From a virus (Duplodnaviria > Caudoviricetes): DNA of 25,808 nucleotides. The number at the start of each line of letters is the position of its first letter. Positions within the stretch are counted from its first letter, which is position 1. The stretch spans positions 1 through 25,808 of IMG/VR virus record IMGVR_UViG_3300048861_000153; one strand, given 5' to 3'. Below the pieces are notes generated by a model. That model made no database searches, had not been told where the DNA came from, and worked only from the letters and a program-made list of their open reading frames with translations. Both the position numbers and the translations under genes were made by a program. Below are positions 7,199 through 16,696 of the stretch, in pieces.

Positions 7199-7660
7199 CT
7201 ACATCCACCTATAAGAGATCTCGTCTGGAATTCCGGTTGGACATTGCCCATCATCGCTTGGAGCAGTGGTGTTGAAGACGCGGAATTGCCCGGTTAGCGG
7301 TCGAGCTCTGTGGGAAGCGGAATTGTAAATGTTTGTAGTCACGCAGTGATTCAAAGGAACGAGGATATGTTGAGTTCGAATACTGGGCCAAAAGGCATCG
7401 ACTTGCACCGATGGAACCTCACCAGGCAACGTTGCGACGGCAGCCGAACCTCCGGGGAGAACAGTGACGGTTCCAGAAGTCGGAGACATGGAGGATCCAG
7501 GAGCCCTCAAATTCGTAATATTTCCCTGAGAATCGACAACACCGATCCCATTTATCGAAAGTTGAGTAACCGGAACTCCGCTCCCAAGACAAATCAGACC
7601 GGAGTCATCGATCGTCAATAGAACGACGCCGGCACTTACATCTGTGATCTTCAGACCCAT
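7199..7660 (-). CDS. Small beta-rich minor tail protein, paralog 3 of 3
   Basis: Shares D...VLLTIDDSGL..LGS...LSINGIGVV and SPTSGTV...VPSVQVD with 8026-8382. Confidence 0.75.
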   Translation of the reverse strand: MGLKITDVSAGVVLLTIDDSGLICLGSGVPVTQLSINGIGVVDSQGNITNLRAPGSSMSPTSGTVTVLPGGSAAVATLPGEVPSVQVDAFWPSIRTQHILVPLNHCVTTNIYNSASHRARPLTGQFRVFNTTAPSDDGQCPTGIPDEISYRWM

Positions 7661-7664
7661 GGAT

Positions 7665-8021
7665 TCAAATAATTGCGTATGCGCAGGCTTTAGTTACGTT
7701 CGCCGTACTTGTTAGCAACGCCGCCGTGAAGTTGGTTGAATCAAAGCGCACAAGGCAAGCTCCAGACACCGTTCCCATTCCGGCGCAAGGCCCGACGTTG
7801 ACGCTCACAGAAGATAGAGAGGTGATCGTCACACTTCCAACCACTCGCGCAACCCCTCCGGACGGAAGCGTCTTAGGAGCGAGCTGGCTTCCCTGCAGCA
7901 AATTCCTTCCCTGAATCGACAACGTATCGGCGGCGCTTCCCGAACCGATCTCGAATCCTCCGCCGTTCGAAGCGGACATGACCTTGCTTCCGGAGCCCGC
8001 ATCCTTGAACTCGACAGCCAT
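7665..8021 (-). CDS. Small beta-rich minor tail protein, paralog 2 of 3 (most diverged)
   Basis: FKD....VM...GG..IGSG...LSIQG and GSVTI, terminal Y-x-hydrophobic; same 118-aa length as paralog 1. Confidence 0.7.
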   Translation of the reverse strand: MAVEFKDAGSGSKVMSASNGGGFEIGSGSAADTLSIQGRNLLQGSQLAPKTLPSGGVARVVGSVTITSLSSVSVNVGPCAGMGTVSGACLVRFDSTNFTAALLTSTANVTKACAYAII

Positions 8022-8025
8022 AGCC

Positions 8026-8382
8026 TCACCAGATCTTATAGTTGTAAGTAACGCTCGAGGTCGTACTCGTATTCGTGAAAACTGTTTCCGTGGTGCTCAC
8101 GCTCGTCGGATCGGAATCCGCATTGACGGTTGGAATCTGCGGCAGCGAGTAAGTTACCGATCCGCTCGCATTCACCGGAATAACGATCGTTCCCGTTAAC
8201 GGACTGGGAGCTCCCGGCTTCGCGATCCCATTGGCCATGTATGCGCCACTGGTGATCACTCCCACGCCCGCAAAGGATAAGGCCTGATCAGGATTCGCAC
8301 TGCCCATAAGCCCAATCAGGCCGGCATTATCGATGTACAACACGAATACATTGGCGGTCTCATCCTTCAGCACGAAGGGCAC
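8026..8382 (-). CDS. Small beta-rich minor tail protein, paralog 1 of 3
   Basis: LKD....VLYIDNAGL..MGS...LSFAGVGVI, SPLTGTI, IPTVNAD, terminal YKIW; start overlaps the tail-tip stop. Confidence 0.75.
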   Translation of the reverse strand: MPFVLKDETANVFVLYIDNAGLIGLMGSANPDQALSFAGVGVITSGAYMANGIAKPGAPSPLTGTIVIPVNASGSVTYSLPQIPTVNADSDPTSVSTTETVFTNTSTTSSVTYNYKIW

Positions 8383-11300
8383 TAGATAGCCTCGATTGAA
8401 TAAGACTTGCTTCCGGAGTTGATGAACAACCGGTATCCGGTCGGAACCACCGTCGCAATTACTCCGGACGGAACGCCACTAACGAAGCTTGTATCGTTCG
8501 CAGTGTTCTGCCCTGTCACATCAGCTCCCCACTGACCGGCAGCAGCATAGTCCTGGGCAACGATGTGAGAATATCCAACGACCGCGGTTCCGAGCTGATA
8601 GACGTCTAGACCCGCGTAGTGAATACCGCCTGGACACGTCCAGTCATAGCTGTACGTCGTCACTCCATTGTTGATATTTCCGCCAGCAAGAAAATCGACA
8701 TATCCGACTACATTCGGGTCAAGGACAGGTTGATATGCTGAGCCAAATGCGAGGCGATGGTAAATCACCCTTGTTCCATCAGCGATGACCTGACCCGTAA
8801 ACGAAAATCGGTATTTATTTCCGGGCTGAACTGCAAAGGTCGGAGAAAATCCATATTGACCTCCCGTAATCTTGAGACCCGGGATACCTGGATCGAATAC
8901 CCCAATGGACAGCCAACCAGCAAGACTTCCAAGGAGAAAATCACCATTCGGCACGAGATTGCCACTCAGGCCCGAGTACATATTCGGCTGCAAGCCTTGC
9001 GCATTGTCTCCATTCGGAAACGTGACTGAGCCGGCGTCGCGATAGGTCGTGCTCAAGTCTATGAGACGAGGCGTTGACGCTCCAGGCGGGGTAAATAGAC
9101 CTTGAATTTCGCCAGGCCCGCTTCCATTTTGAAACTCGATCACGATCTGATAAGAACCTCCTGCGACGAGATTTATCGTCCCGGACGCTGAATAGGTGAG
9201 ATCGGGATCGCCGGAGTGTCCGTTCGACAAGAAATCGAATAACACCTGATTGTCCACTGTCATGCGTGCGCCATCATCACTGTTGACGCCGAAAGTGTAG
9301 GTTCCAGTCTGTTGAGCGATGAATGTGCACGTAAATCGCCCGTAGATCCATTGAGCGGTACCTCCGTCGGGAGGAGGTGGCAACTTTGTTCCTCGGGCGA
9401 ATTGATAACTATTACCCGGGTAATCCAGGATGAAATCGACGATACTTCCTGTCGTTTTGAAGAGAGTGTCCTGCGCAAGCTCGCCACCGCCCGCCGGCGG
9501 CGTTCCACCGTTTGGAAGCCTCCACCATTTTCCCAGCCAACCTGTGATCGCCGGTAGTTGGGACCCCAACGTTCCCAGAAATGTATCGAGCGATGGGACC
9601 GGAAAGTTATCTTGCTCCACCCAATCCGAGGTCGCTCCATTTGCACGCAACGTAGCAATCCGAACGTCGTAGTTCTGGCCAGCAATAATGGTCGAAATCA
9701 AACCGACATTCAAACTGATGTCCGCCGTAGGAGCTGAATACCAAGTCCCCGCGCCTGACGGCCGGAACTGAATCAAGATCCCCGTCGCCGCATTGTCCAG
9801 AGGCGTATCCCAGTTCACCTGAATGACTGGGGTGACGCTGCCATCCTGCCCCACAATAGCCGTCTGTGGCCCGCTGCTGAGCTGCAGATTGGTCGGAGGG
9901 TTTGGAGTCCAGGGAGTCTGCGTCGGAGCCGCCGGCGAAGAGTAAACCGTCAACTCCTCCAGCGTCGACCAGGAATAGACATCCGGTCCAGTCTCCTGCA
10001 GCGTCATGGAATAGCGGATCGCCGGCGCATCCTTGCCCGATCCATCGCTGTCAGCGCGCAGAGTGGTCCCGGCGATCTCCATCACCTGGTTGCTCCAACC
10101 CAGCTGGGCGAAGGTGAACTGAAGCGTATCGCAACTCTGAACCTTGTATGCACCAAGCTTCAGTTCGATCGTCCCGCCGCCCTGGTACTTTCTCTGGCGC
10201 ATCAGGTTGATCTTCATCACACGCTGGCACTGAGTGAGCGAAAGAACCGTCGGCAGGTTCATCTGCAGCGGCCGCTCGCGTCCCAGGTCCTGCGTCATCC
10301 ATTCATCGTTCGGATAACCATGCAGCTGATCCTGCGCATAGTAGGGAACCGACGAATTCGTGAACTTCAGATCGAACGTGTTCTCAACCTGCTGCGTATT
10401 TTGATAGAAATTGCCAGCCGTCGACCAGGGCCATTCCGGAGAGATATGCGTTGCCGTCACCCGATTGGGCAACTCACGGATCGAACGATACGGCTTCCAG
10501 TCAAAAGCTGCCGTGATGGCAGATAAATCCAGCGAGGATGAAGGTCCCACATAAGCCCCTGGATAGATGAAGTACTCACCCCCGGTATAAGACAGCCGCC
10601 CCGCCATTCCGGTCATCATGGTCTGTAGAACGTCGGCAATCGGCGTCGACGTGTCATAGATCCAATCGCAGCAATAACGGGATTCCGTGCTGCCATTGAG
10701 CGCAGCCACGGCAACCTGCTCATCACATATGTTCGCGGCGGCAACGAGCTGCTCCTGGTTGACGTTCGCATCTCCCAGGCCGAATACCGTATCGGTGATC
10801 ACATCAGCAGCAATCAGCGCTGCGTTATTGGTAAAGCCTCGCACGCCCGTGCGAGGATCCAGAATGTCACTCTTGCCATTGAGCAAAATCTTGACTTCCG
10901 GCCGCGAAGGAAACTGACTGGTGGACTGAGTCAGCTTTAGATAAATGTAGGTGCACCCCATCAACGATGGCGCATCGCCGGTAACCGGGTTATAGGCCCA
11001 CGAAGGATCATTCCCCGTCAATGAGCCCATCACATCTCCGCTGGGCTGATCACCGTAGCGCGCTTCGACGTAAACTTTCCCGCCGAAGTTATACTTGGTG
11101 ACACCATCGGGACCGATGTGATCATTGTTGTCCGCATCGCCTCCGAATCCGACTCCGTTTCGAACTGCCCAGCCGAAACCAGATCCCTTGAAAAAGACCT
11201 TGCGGCCATCCAGAAAGATCGCCTGGATCGAGTGGGACACATGACCATCCAGCAAGATCACCTGATTCCACTGATGGCCCGTGAAGGATTCATAAACCAG

Positions 11301-11555
11301 CACACCACCAACCATCTGCGTCCCATAGACGATCTGGCGAGGAGCCGCCGGCTGCCGCGTTGCGACCTGCATGGAGCGGTTGCTACTCAGTGTCTCCGCG
11401 ATCGCCCCGGCTTCATTTGCAATGCCGGATAGAACAAGGCCAGCAAGAGCCTTATCGAACCATGGAGAGGCGATCAGAGCCGGATCGAAAAACGCGGCCA
11501 CGCCAAGGCCTACGGCTCCAGCCAGCTCCACAGCTCCTAATATCGCTTTGCTCAT
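8382..11555 (-). CDS. Tail tip / central fibre (gpJ-like hub) with FN3-like, PA14 and CBM-like C-terminal domains
   Basis: PRQIVYG..MVGG, DPRTG...NNAAL..AD, AANICDE, YCCD, PNRVTA hub motifs; PNPPTNL..VNWD..YDVRI (FN3); GTYTFGVNSDDGARM..INLVAG..YQIVIEF (PA14); NLVPNGDF..GW (CBM-like). Confidence 0.9.
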   Translation of the reverse strand: MSKAILGAVELAGAVGLGVAAFFDPALIASPWFDKALAGLVLSGIANEAGAIAETLSSNRSMQVATRQPAAPRQIVYGTQMVGGVLVYESFTGHQWNQVILLDGHVSHSIQAIFLDGRKVFFKGSGFGWAVRNGVGFGGDADNNDHIGPDGVTKYNFGGKVYVEARYGDQPSGDVMGSLTGNDPSWAYNPVTGDAPSLMGCTYIYLKLTQSTSQFPSRPEVKILLNGKSDILDPRTGVRGFTNNAALIAADVITDTVFGLGDANVNQEQLVAAANICDEQVAVAALNGSTESRYCCDWIYDTSTPIADVLQTMMTGMAGRLSYTGGEYFIYPGAYVGPSSSLDLSAITAAFDWKPYRSIRELPNRVTATHISPEWPWSTAGNFYQNTQQVENTFDLKFTNSSVPYYAQDQLHGYPNDEWMTQDLGRERPLQMNLPTVLSLTQCQRVMKINLMRQRKYQGGGTIELKLGAYKVQSCDTLQFTFAQLGWSNQVMEIAGTTLRADSDGSGKDAPAIRYSMTLQETGPDVYSWSTLEELTVYSSPAAPTQTPWTPNPPTNLQLSSGPQTAIVGQDGSVTPVIQVNWDTPLDNAATGILIQFRPSGAGTWYSAPTADISLNVGLISTIIAGQNYDVRIATLRANGATSDWVEQDNFPVPSLDTFLGTLGSQLPAITGWLGKWWRLPNGGTPPAGGGELAQDTLFKTTGSIVDFILDYPGNSYQFARGTKLPPPPDGGTAQWIYGRFTCTFIAQQTGTYTFGVNSDDGARMTVDNQVLFDFLSNGHSGDPDLTYSASGTINLVAGGSYQIVIEFQNGSGPGEIQGLFTPPGASTPRLIDLSTTYRDAGSVTFPNGDNAQGLQPNMYSGLSGNLVPNGDFLLGSLAGWLSIGVFDPGIPGLKITGGQYGFSPTFAVQPGNKYRFSFTGQVIADGTRVIYHRLAFGSAYQPVLDPNVVGYVDFLAGGNINNGVTTYSYDWTCPGGIHYAGLDVYQLGTAVVGYSHIVAQDYAAAGQWGADVTGQNTANDTSFVSGVPSGVIATVVPTGYRLFINSGSKSYSIEAI

Positions 11556-11581
11556 CGTCCTCTAGACCACTTCAGAAAGGT

Positions 11582-12145
11582 TTACTTCGCATCCACACTT
11601 GCCGGCAGCAGCAAAACTCTTTTAGGAGCTCCGACCCCTGCCGCATCATCACGCTCAACTCTGCGATGCTTATGCCATCGCGGAGGCGTCCATTCGTGCT
11701 TCTCCCCCAGCGCCCAGGCCCGCGTCACATTCAAGATCGAGAATCGGACCAGACCATCCTCGCCCGGCGAAAGAACGTGACGGCCGTTCATCCCGACGAT
11801 GGCAGCTATCTCGTCTCCGTCACCGTTCTTCACCAACACCAGATCCCCGCGCTTCGCCTGCAGAGGAACAGAGCGCTCGGCCATCCCATACTTATTCGCG
11901 CAATAGGTCGCCGCATCGCCCAGGGTATTTCCGCCTGCGATCTTCTGGATGGTCCGCAGAGCTCCGGTCTCCGTGCTGTATTGCCCACGAAACTCCTGCG
12001 CAATATCAATGCCGGTCATCACCTCAATCGCGTCGGCCGCAAAAGTAGCACAATCGTTTGTGCCCCAGGCAAACGGAACTGCCTCACGCTGCTGCAGGAA
12101 GTCGTTCAGATGAACTTCGAGGTATTGCTCACGCTTCCTGATCAT
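11582..12145 (-). CDS. Tail assembly protein, NlpC/P60-like (gpK-like)
   Basis: FAWGTNDCATFAADAIEVMTG and KRGDLVL motifs; ATGA overlap with the upstream stop gives a start at 12145. Confidence 0.85.
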   Translation of the reverse strand: MIRKREQYLEVHLNDFLQQREAVPFAWGTNDCATFAADAIEVMTGIDIAQEFRGQYSTETGALRTIQKIAGGNTLGDAATYCANKYGMAERSVPLQAKRGDLVLVKNGDGDEIAAIVGMNGRHVLSPGEDGLVRFSILNVTRAWALGEKHEWTPPRWHKHRRVERDDAAGVGAPKRVLLLPASVDAK

Positions 12146-12693
12146 TGCCATTTACCTACAAAATCGTTCAGTTTCTCGACGAAATCGAATCCCGAATCAT
12201 GAGGGAACCGCGCGCGCTGATCCGCCGACGTATAGCGACGGTTACTCGCACGCTGGAAGTCCACCATGCGGCTCTCCAGATTCAGCGTGATCGTCATCGT
12301 GTCTTCGCCGACATGGATATTCGGCTCGTCGATGATCCCTCGAAATACCTGGTAAGGCGTGCCAATCACGATTCCGTTGCCATCCATCAGGCCTAGCCAC
12401 ATAAGCGCCTGCAAGCCTGGCTGAATGTCATTCATCGATTCGCCCAGCAACACGGGATCGATTCCCGAAAGCGTGACGCTTGTGCCATAAGCAGCGACAT
12501 CTGTACCTTCCGTGACTGCTCCGACGCTGGCCAGAGATCCGACACCTACAAACGTCTGGGAGTCGATCGTTAGTTCACCTGTCCCAGTCCAGACCCGCTG
12601 AATCGATGTCTTGAACTGCAACGTGGCCATAAAGAACGGGCGAATTGTTCCGCTACCCAGGGCTGCGGCGAGATTGGAATCTATATTGCGCAT
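12142..12693 (-). CDS. Minor tail / hub protein (gpL-position)
   Basis: RVWTGTG...FVGVG, FRGIID, RRYTSADQ..FPHDSGFDFV motifs; start reassigned to ATG 12693 (TGATG overlap). Confidence 0.85.
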   Translation of the reverse strand: MRNIDSNLAAALGSGTIRPFFMATLQFKTSIQRVWTGTGELTIDSQTFVGVGSLASVGAVTEGTDVAAYGTSVTLSGIDPVLLGESMNDIQPGLQALMWLGLMDGNGIVIGTPYQVFRGIIDEPNIHVGEDTMTITLNLESRMVDFQRASNRRYTSADQRARFPHDSGFDFVEKLNDFVGKWQ

Positions 12694-13340
12694 CAGCGAT
12701 ACTCGGTGATCTGAAAGCTCACGCTCGTCAGCTTCGTAAAATCGGCTGACCACGAGTTGTTATTGCTGGCCAGACGGAAGAGTCCCTTCGGTTGCTGCGT
12801 GACCAGCAGCTGCCCTGGAGGAGGAGCCTCGCGAAGCGATGGCCAGATGGCGATCGACGCCTTGCCATTCGCGTCCGAATTGACCGCATCGAGCACACGG
12901 TGCAACCGAAATCCCACTTGGATGTAATCGCCAGGCAGCAAGAGATTCGCCCGCGACGCAGCCCACCCGGATGTCGGAAGCAGATAAGCCGCGGCCGAGA
13001 TCACAGCAGAAGGATCCACTGCGGGCACACCCTGAACATTGCCGCGCGGAGTCTTCTTCAGCGGATCTCCGATTAGGAATGCATTCCTCATGCCCCGGCA
13101 CTGCATAAGCGCAGCCAACCACATATCCGCCTGAGCCTGCGCCAGAGATGGCAACGTTACGGTGCCAGCCCACGAATCCGCCCCCGGCCACTCCTGCGTC
13201 TGCCCCCCGCCGGTAAAGATTGACCTTACAATCGCTACCGTATTCGAGTGCGTAAACTCGACCGATCTTGCACCAGGCGAAGTCGGAAGAATGACGACGT
13301 CGACCGTCTGTCCGTTTAGAACAATGGAAGTTATCGGCAT
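12693..13340 (-). CDS. Distal tail protein
   Basis: Directly after tape measure; SIFTG..Q..W...W, CRG..N.F..GDP, LLPGDYIQV, IWPSLR motifs. Confidence 0.85.
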   Translation of the reverse strand: MPITSIVLNGQTVDVVILPTSPGARSVEFTHSNTVAIVRSIFTGGGQTQEWPGADSWAGTVTLPSLAQAQADMWLAALMQCRGMRNAFLIGDPLKKTPRGNVQGVPAVDPSAVISAAAYLLPTSGWAASRANLLLPGDYIQVGFRLHRVLDAVNSDANGKASIAIWPSLREAPPPGQLLVTQQPKGLFRLASNNNSWSADFTKLTSVSFQITEYR

Positions 13341-15856
13341 TACGACCTCACCGTGCTCGGCCGGCGTCTGTTGAATTCCATATTGGCAGCCACCGCGCTA
13401 GCGATAATGCCCGGGCGAGCCTTAGCGATCCCCCGTGCGACAGCGGCTTCCGTCGCGGCGGGATCATTCGATCCTCGAGCGTCGACGGTGTAATAATGAG
13501 ACTCACCACTTCCCAGCTGCGACACGGGAGTTATCCGGCCGGAACTGGAACCCATCGTCAACACCTCCGGTTCTCGTTCCCCGACAACATAACTTCCGTT
13601 CGCATCGACCCCGCCACCCAGAGCCCGCCCAGGCAGCCAGTTGAAGGCCTTCGACAGAAATCCGCCTACATTCGATCCTGCTTTGCCAAGCAAACTTCCG
13701 GCCGTAGAGAGTGCGCCCGAAGTTCCATCGACGACAACGTGGAATGGGTTGCCGGTCGATCCGTCCGCCTTGCCACCGAAACCAAACGCACCGAAGATTG
13801 ACCCTTCCGCCTTGGTCAGGGCTGTGCCGGCGATGTTGCTGAAGATCTGCGAACCCACATCGCCGAAGTTCACGTTCTTACCCGAGAGAGCGGCCACGAA
13901 AGCCTGATTCAAGGAAGTGATGGTGCCCTGAAAGAGATTACGCGTCTGAGCCGCAGAATCTCGCGACGCGAAAACAAATTCATTGATGGAATCTTTCAAG
14001 CCGACAGAGCCGGAGGTTCCCTGCCCATATAGCTGAGCGGCCTGCTGCTGACGCGTAAAATCCGCTCTTGCATTCTCTAAGGCAATCCTGGCCTGCGTTA
14101 CAGCCTTCTCGTTTTCGGGAGTCGGATTCGTTTTAGCCTTATCAATGAGGGCATTCAAATTACCCTCGAGAGACTGCTGCACGATGGAAAACTCTTTCGT
14201 CCGCGCCGTCGCGATCTGGAGCACCGAATCGTACTGGGTCAGAGATCGTCCCACACGAGACAAAATGTCAGCTTCCTCTTGTCTCTCGCTATTATTGGCA
14301 CCCGATATGGCGAAATTGTTGCTATCTACGTATCGCTGTGTTCGCTCATCACTAGCGCGAATCCCATTCTGGCGGACGAAGGAATCATACCGCGCAAAGA
14401 TCTCATTCCCCTCAGAGGCTCCTGGCCTCGTAGTGAGACTCTTCCTAAATGCAGAGATCCTGGAATCCGCTTCCTTTGCACCCTGCACAGCGAGCTCAGC
14501 CTGCTTAGAGACAATTGAGTTATACGCTTCAGAGCCCACAGAAAAGGCCTGGCGCATAGAGTTCCAGTAGTCATAAACCTGCTTGATCGAAAGATTCTCG
14601 ACGATCTTGCGCTGATTAAGCTCCGCCTCCATCGACTGCAGTTGTTGACGTTGCAGCTCCTGTGCCTGCCGAGCGCCGTCTTGACGTGCTTGGAGATCTT
14701 TCTGCTGCGCAGAAAGCCGAGCATTTCGGAGCAGCTCGCTTTCGTGATTCTGCTGCGCAACGATTGCAGTAGCCACTCCGGTGTCGATCGCGACATTGGC
14801 ATCGTTGTTGAGAGGACCGCTCGCCTGTCGACGCGATCGATCGTCGAGCACGTTCTTTAATTCGGATTGTTGCGACGCATGAAGATCTGCCAATGCCTTG
14901 TCGGCAGCCTTCTGATCCCCCACCTGGATCGCCTGCTGGTATTTTAGCCCCGCATCAGCTTGCTTCTGGGAGTAGTAGCTCACCGTGCCTTCACGCTCGG
15001 CCGTTCCCTGACGGCCGAACAAGAGAGCCCATCCCGAAAGATGATTTTTGCTCAGGAGCTGATCGAGCTTTTCGTTGTCGGCTTCGATCGACTGCGCGAA
15101 CCTGTCCGCCGCCAGCCTTGCCTCGTCAAGTGCAATCGCAATCTGATTCTGAGGCTTGTGTTCCAGCTTGTTGATACTGTTCTGGAGAGTGTCATTCGTT
15201 AACTTCAGCTCATCGTTGGTCGTCGCAAATCCAACGTTTAGGGCGCCGAAACCCGATCGGATATGCTCCGGGATTTCATCCACCTGCTTTTTGAACTCGA
15301 CGATCTGTTCGATCCCATGAGCGATCTCGGTTGCGAATACAGCAGCACCCACAATCGGGAAGACAGCGGTCGAGATCTTATTGAAGAGAGCGAACTGAGA
15401 GGTAAATTGCTCGCCAGCCCGAATGCTGAATGTTCCGCCGCCGGCACGTAGCAAAGCCGAAGCACGCTGCTGATCCGTGATTCCATGAGCACCTTCCGCG
15501 GAATGGTCGGTGGGTGAAACCACGGGGATTGCAAGGGATTCGCTAAGCTTTTTCCGCGCCTCGGCAACCCTCTTTGTAGAATCTTCGATTCGGCCAAGTG
15601 CTTTGACGACCTTATTGGCGTTGTCCTCCGTAACATTGGCCAGCATCGTAGCCGTACGACGAGTGATCGACTCCAGCTCTCGCTGTGACGCTCCGACGTC
15701 CTTAGCAGCCTTCACCTGCATCTGAAAGGAGTCGACGATCCGCTTGCGAGCATCTTCCGCAGACGTGGCGATGGAAGCGATGCTCTTCGCAGCTGCTCCC
15801 GATTCCCTCCGAAGCTGGCTGGAATCTGCGACGAATTGAACTGCACCCTTCGGCAT
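13340..15856 (-). CDS. Tape measure protein
   Basis: 838 aa Ala/Gln-rich helical protein with C-terminal GRALGGGV..YVVGEREPE motif; canonical position. Confidence 0.92.
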   Translation of the reverse strand: MPKGAVQFVADSSQLRRESGAAAKSIASIATSAEDARKRIVDSFQMQVKAAKDVGASQRELESITRRTATMLANVTEDNANKVVKALGRIEDSTKRVAEARKKLSESLAIPVVSPTDHSAEGAHGITDQQRASALLRAGGGTFSIRAGEQFTSQFALFNKISTAVFPIVGAAVFATEIAHGIEQIVEFKKQVDEIPEHIRSGFGALNVGFATTNDELKLTNDTLQNSINKLEHKPQNQIAIALDEARLAADRFAQSIEADNEKLDQLLSKNHLSGWALLFGRQGTAEREGTVSYYSQKQADAGLKYQQAIQVGDQKAADKALADLHASQQSELKNVLDDRSRRQASGPLNNDANVAIDTGVATAIVAQQNHESELLRNARLSAQQKDLQARQDGARQAQELQRQQLQSMEAELNQRKIVENLSIKQVYDYWNSMRQAFSVGSEAYNSIVSKQAELAVQGAKEADSRISAFRKSLTTRPGASEGNEIFARYDSFVRQNGIRASDERTQRYVDSNNFAISGANNSERQEEADILSRVGRSLTQYDSVLQIATARTKEFSIVQQSLEGNLNALIDKAKTNPTPENEKAVTQARIALENARADFTRQQQAAQLYGQGTSGSVGLKDSINEFVFASRDSAAQTRNLFQGTITSLNQAFVAALSGKNVNFGDVGSQIFSNIAGTALTKAEGSIFGAFGFGGKADGSTGNPFHVVVDGTSGALSTAGSLLGKAGSNVGGFLSKAFNWLPGRALGGGVDANGSYVVGEREPEVLTMGSSSGRITPVSQLGSGESHYYTVDARGSNDPAATEAAVARGIAKARPGIIASAVAANMEFNRRRPSTVRS

Positions 15857-16306
15857 CTATTTCTCCAGGACTTCGACTATGCCGGCTTCGAGCGTCTCAA
15901 GGTAGGCATCCGCGGCCGCCTCGTGAGTCGCATCTTCCACGCTGCGAATGAAAGGATGAGCCGGCGTGTGCTTGCGGCCCTTCTTTGCGTTCGCGTTCAC
16001 GTGGCCTACGTCGACAACGTGAGCAATGAAAGAGAGATTGCCGAAATCGACTATCTCCACCGAGGGCTCGCCATTCTTACCGAGGCGAGTTCTCGCTCTC
16101 ACAGATGTCTTCAGTGCGCCCTTAGGGAGCGGACCGTATACATTACCCCTAACGGGCGTCGCAGCCTCAAGAGCAGGCTTGATCACCGCGCCAACCGCCC
16201 TCAACGCCCGGCGCTCGATCGCATCCGCCTGCTCTCCGGACTCGAGCGAAAGCAGCTTCTGCTCCAGCTCTTTGAACCCGGTCAGCTTTACATCGAAGTC
16301 AGCCAT
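15857..16306 (-). CDS. HK97 gp10 family neck/tail protein
   Basis: GFKELEQKL, RRALRA, TPV, GALKTSV, PAHPFIR motifs; SD AAGGA supports ATG 16306. Confidence 0.85.
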   Translation of the reverse strand: MADFDVKLTGFKELEQKLLSLESGEQADAIERRALRAVGAVIKPALEAATPVRGNVYGPLPKGALKTSVRARTRLGKNGEPSVEIVDFGNLSFIAHVVDVGHVNANAKKGRKHTPAHPFIRSVEDATHEAAADAYLETLEAGIVEVLEK

Positions 16307-16688
16307 TCCAGGTTCCTTTCTCGATCGACTCGAGTAGCGGCCCATGCCCCTGCTTCATCTCGGCCGCTAGATTGGCAATCCTCGTCTGCCACATCAACGC
16401 CTCATCCTCGCTGACCTTTGGTTTCGGATCTTCGGCTATATCCATCTGTCTAAAGTTGGGCATGAAGTCAGTCACTTTCACCGGCTCTTCCGGTGGCGCA
16501 AAGCTGCGATTGATCACATTGGCAGTCGTATATGCATGAAGCATCTCGGAATGCACAAGGCGTTTTCGATGAGCTTCTCGCAGCAAATAGAACTGCCGCG
16601 GGGTCAGAGAATAGAACTGCTCCGGAGTCAGGCGAAGATCATAGACCGCCTCAGCCCACAGGCTTTCCATCGCCCGGCGAAAGCTCAA
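16299..16688 (-). CDS. Tail assembly chaperone, frameshifted C-terminal part (gpT-like)
   Basis: LRLTPEQFYSLTPRQF motif; -1 frame relative to the upstream chaperone and open back through GGGGGAA. Confidence 0.82.
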   Translation of the reverse strand: MSFRRAMESLWAEAVYDLRLTPEQFYSLTPRQFYLLREAHRKRLVHSEMLHAYTTANVINRSFAPPEEPVKVTDFMPNFRQMDIAEDPKPKVSEDEALMWQTRIANLAAEMKQGHGPLLESIEKGTWNG

Positions 16689-16696
16689 GGGCGCTG

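Noticed and set aside
3172-8382. Absence of holin/endolysin after the tail genes
   Set aside because: Lysis genes often lie upstream of the terminases, outside this window, so absence here says little.
3527-11555. Diversity-generating retroelement or invertible tail cassette
   Set aside because: No reverse transcriptase, no invertase and no near-identical template/variable or long inverted repeats seen; paralogs are similar only at protein level.
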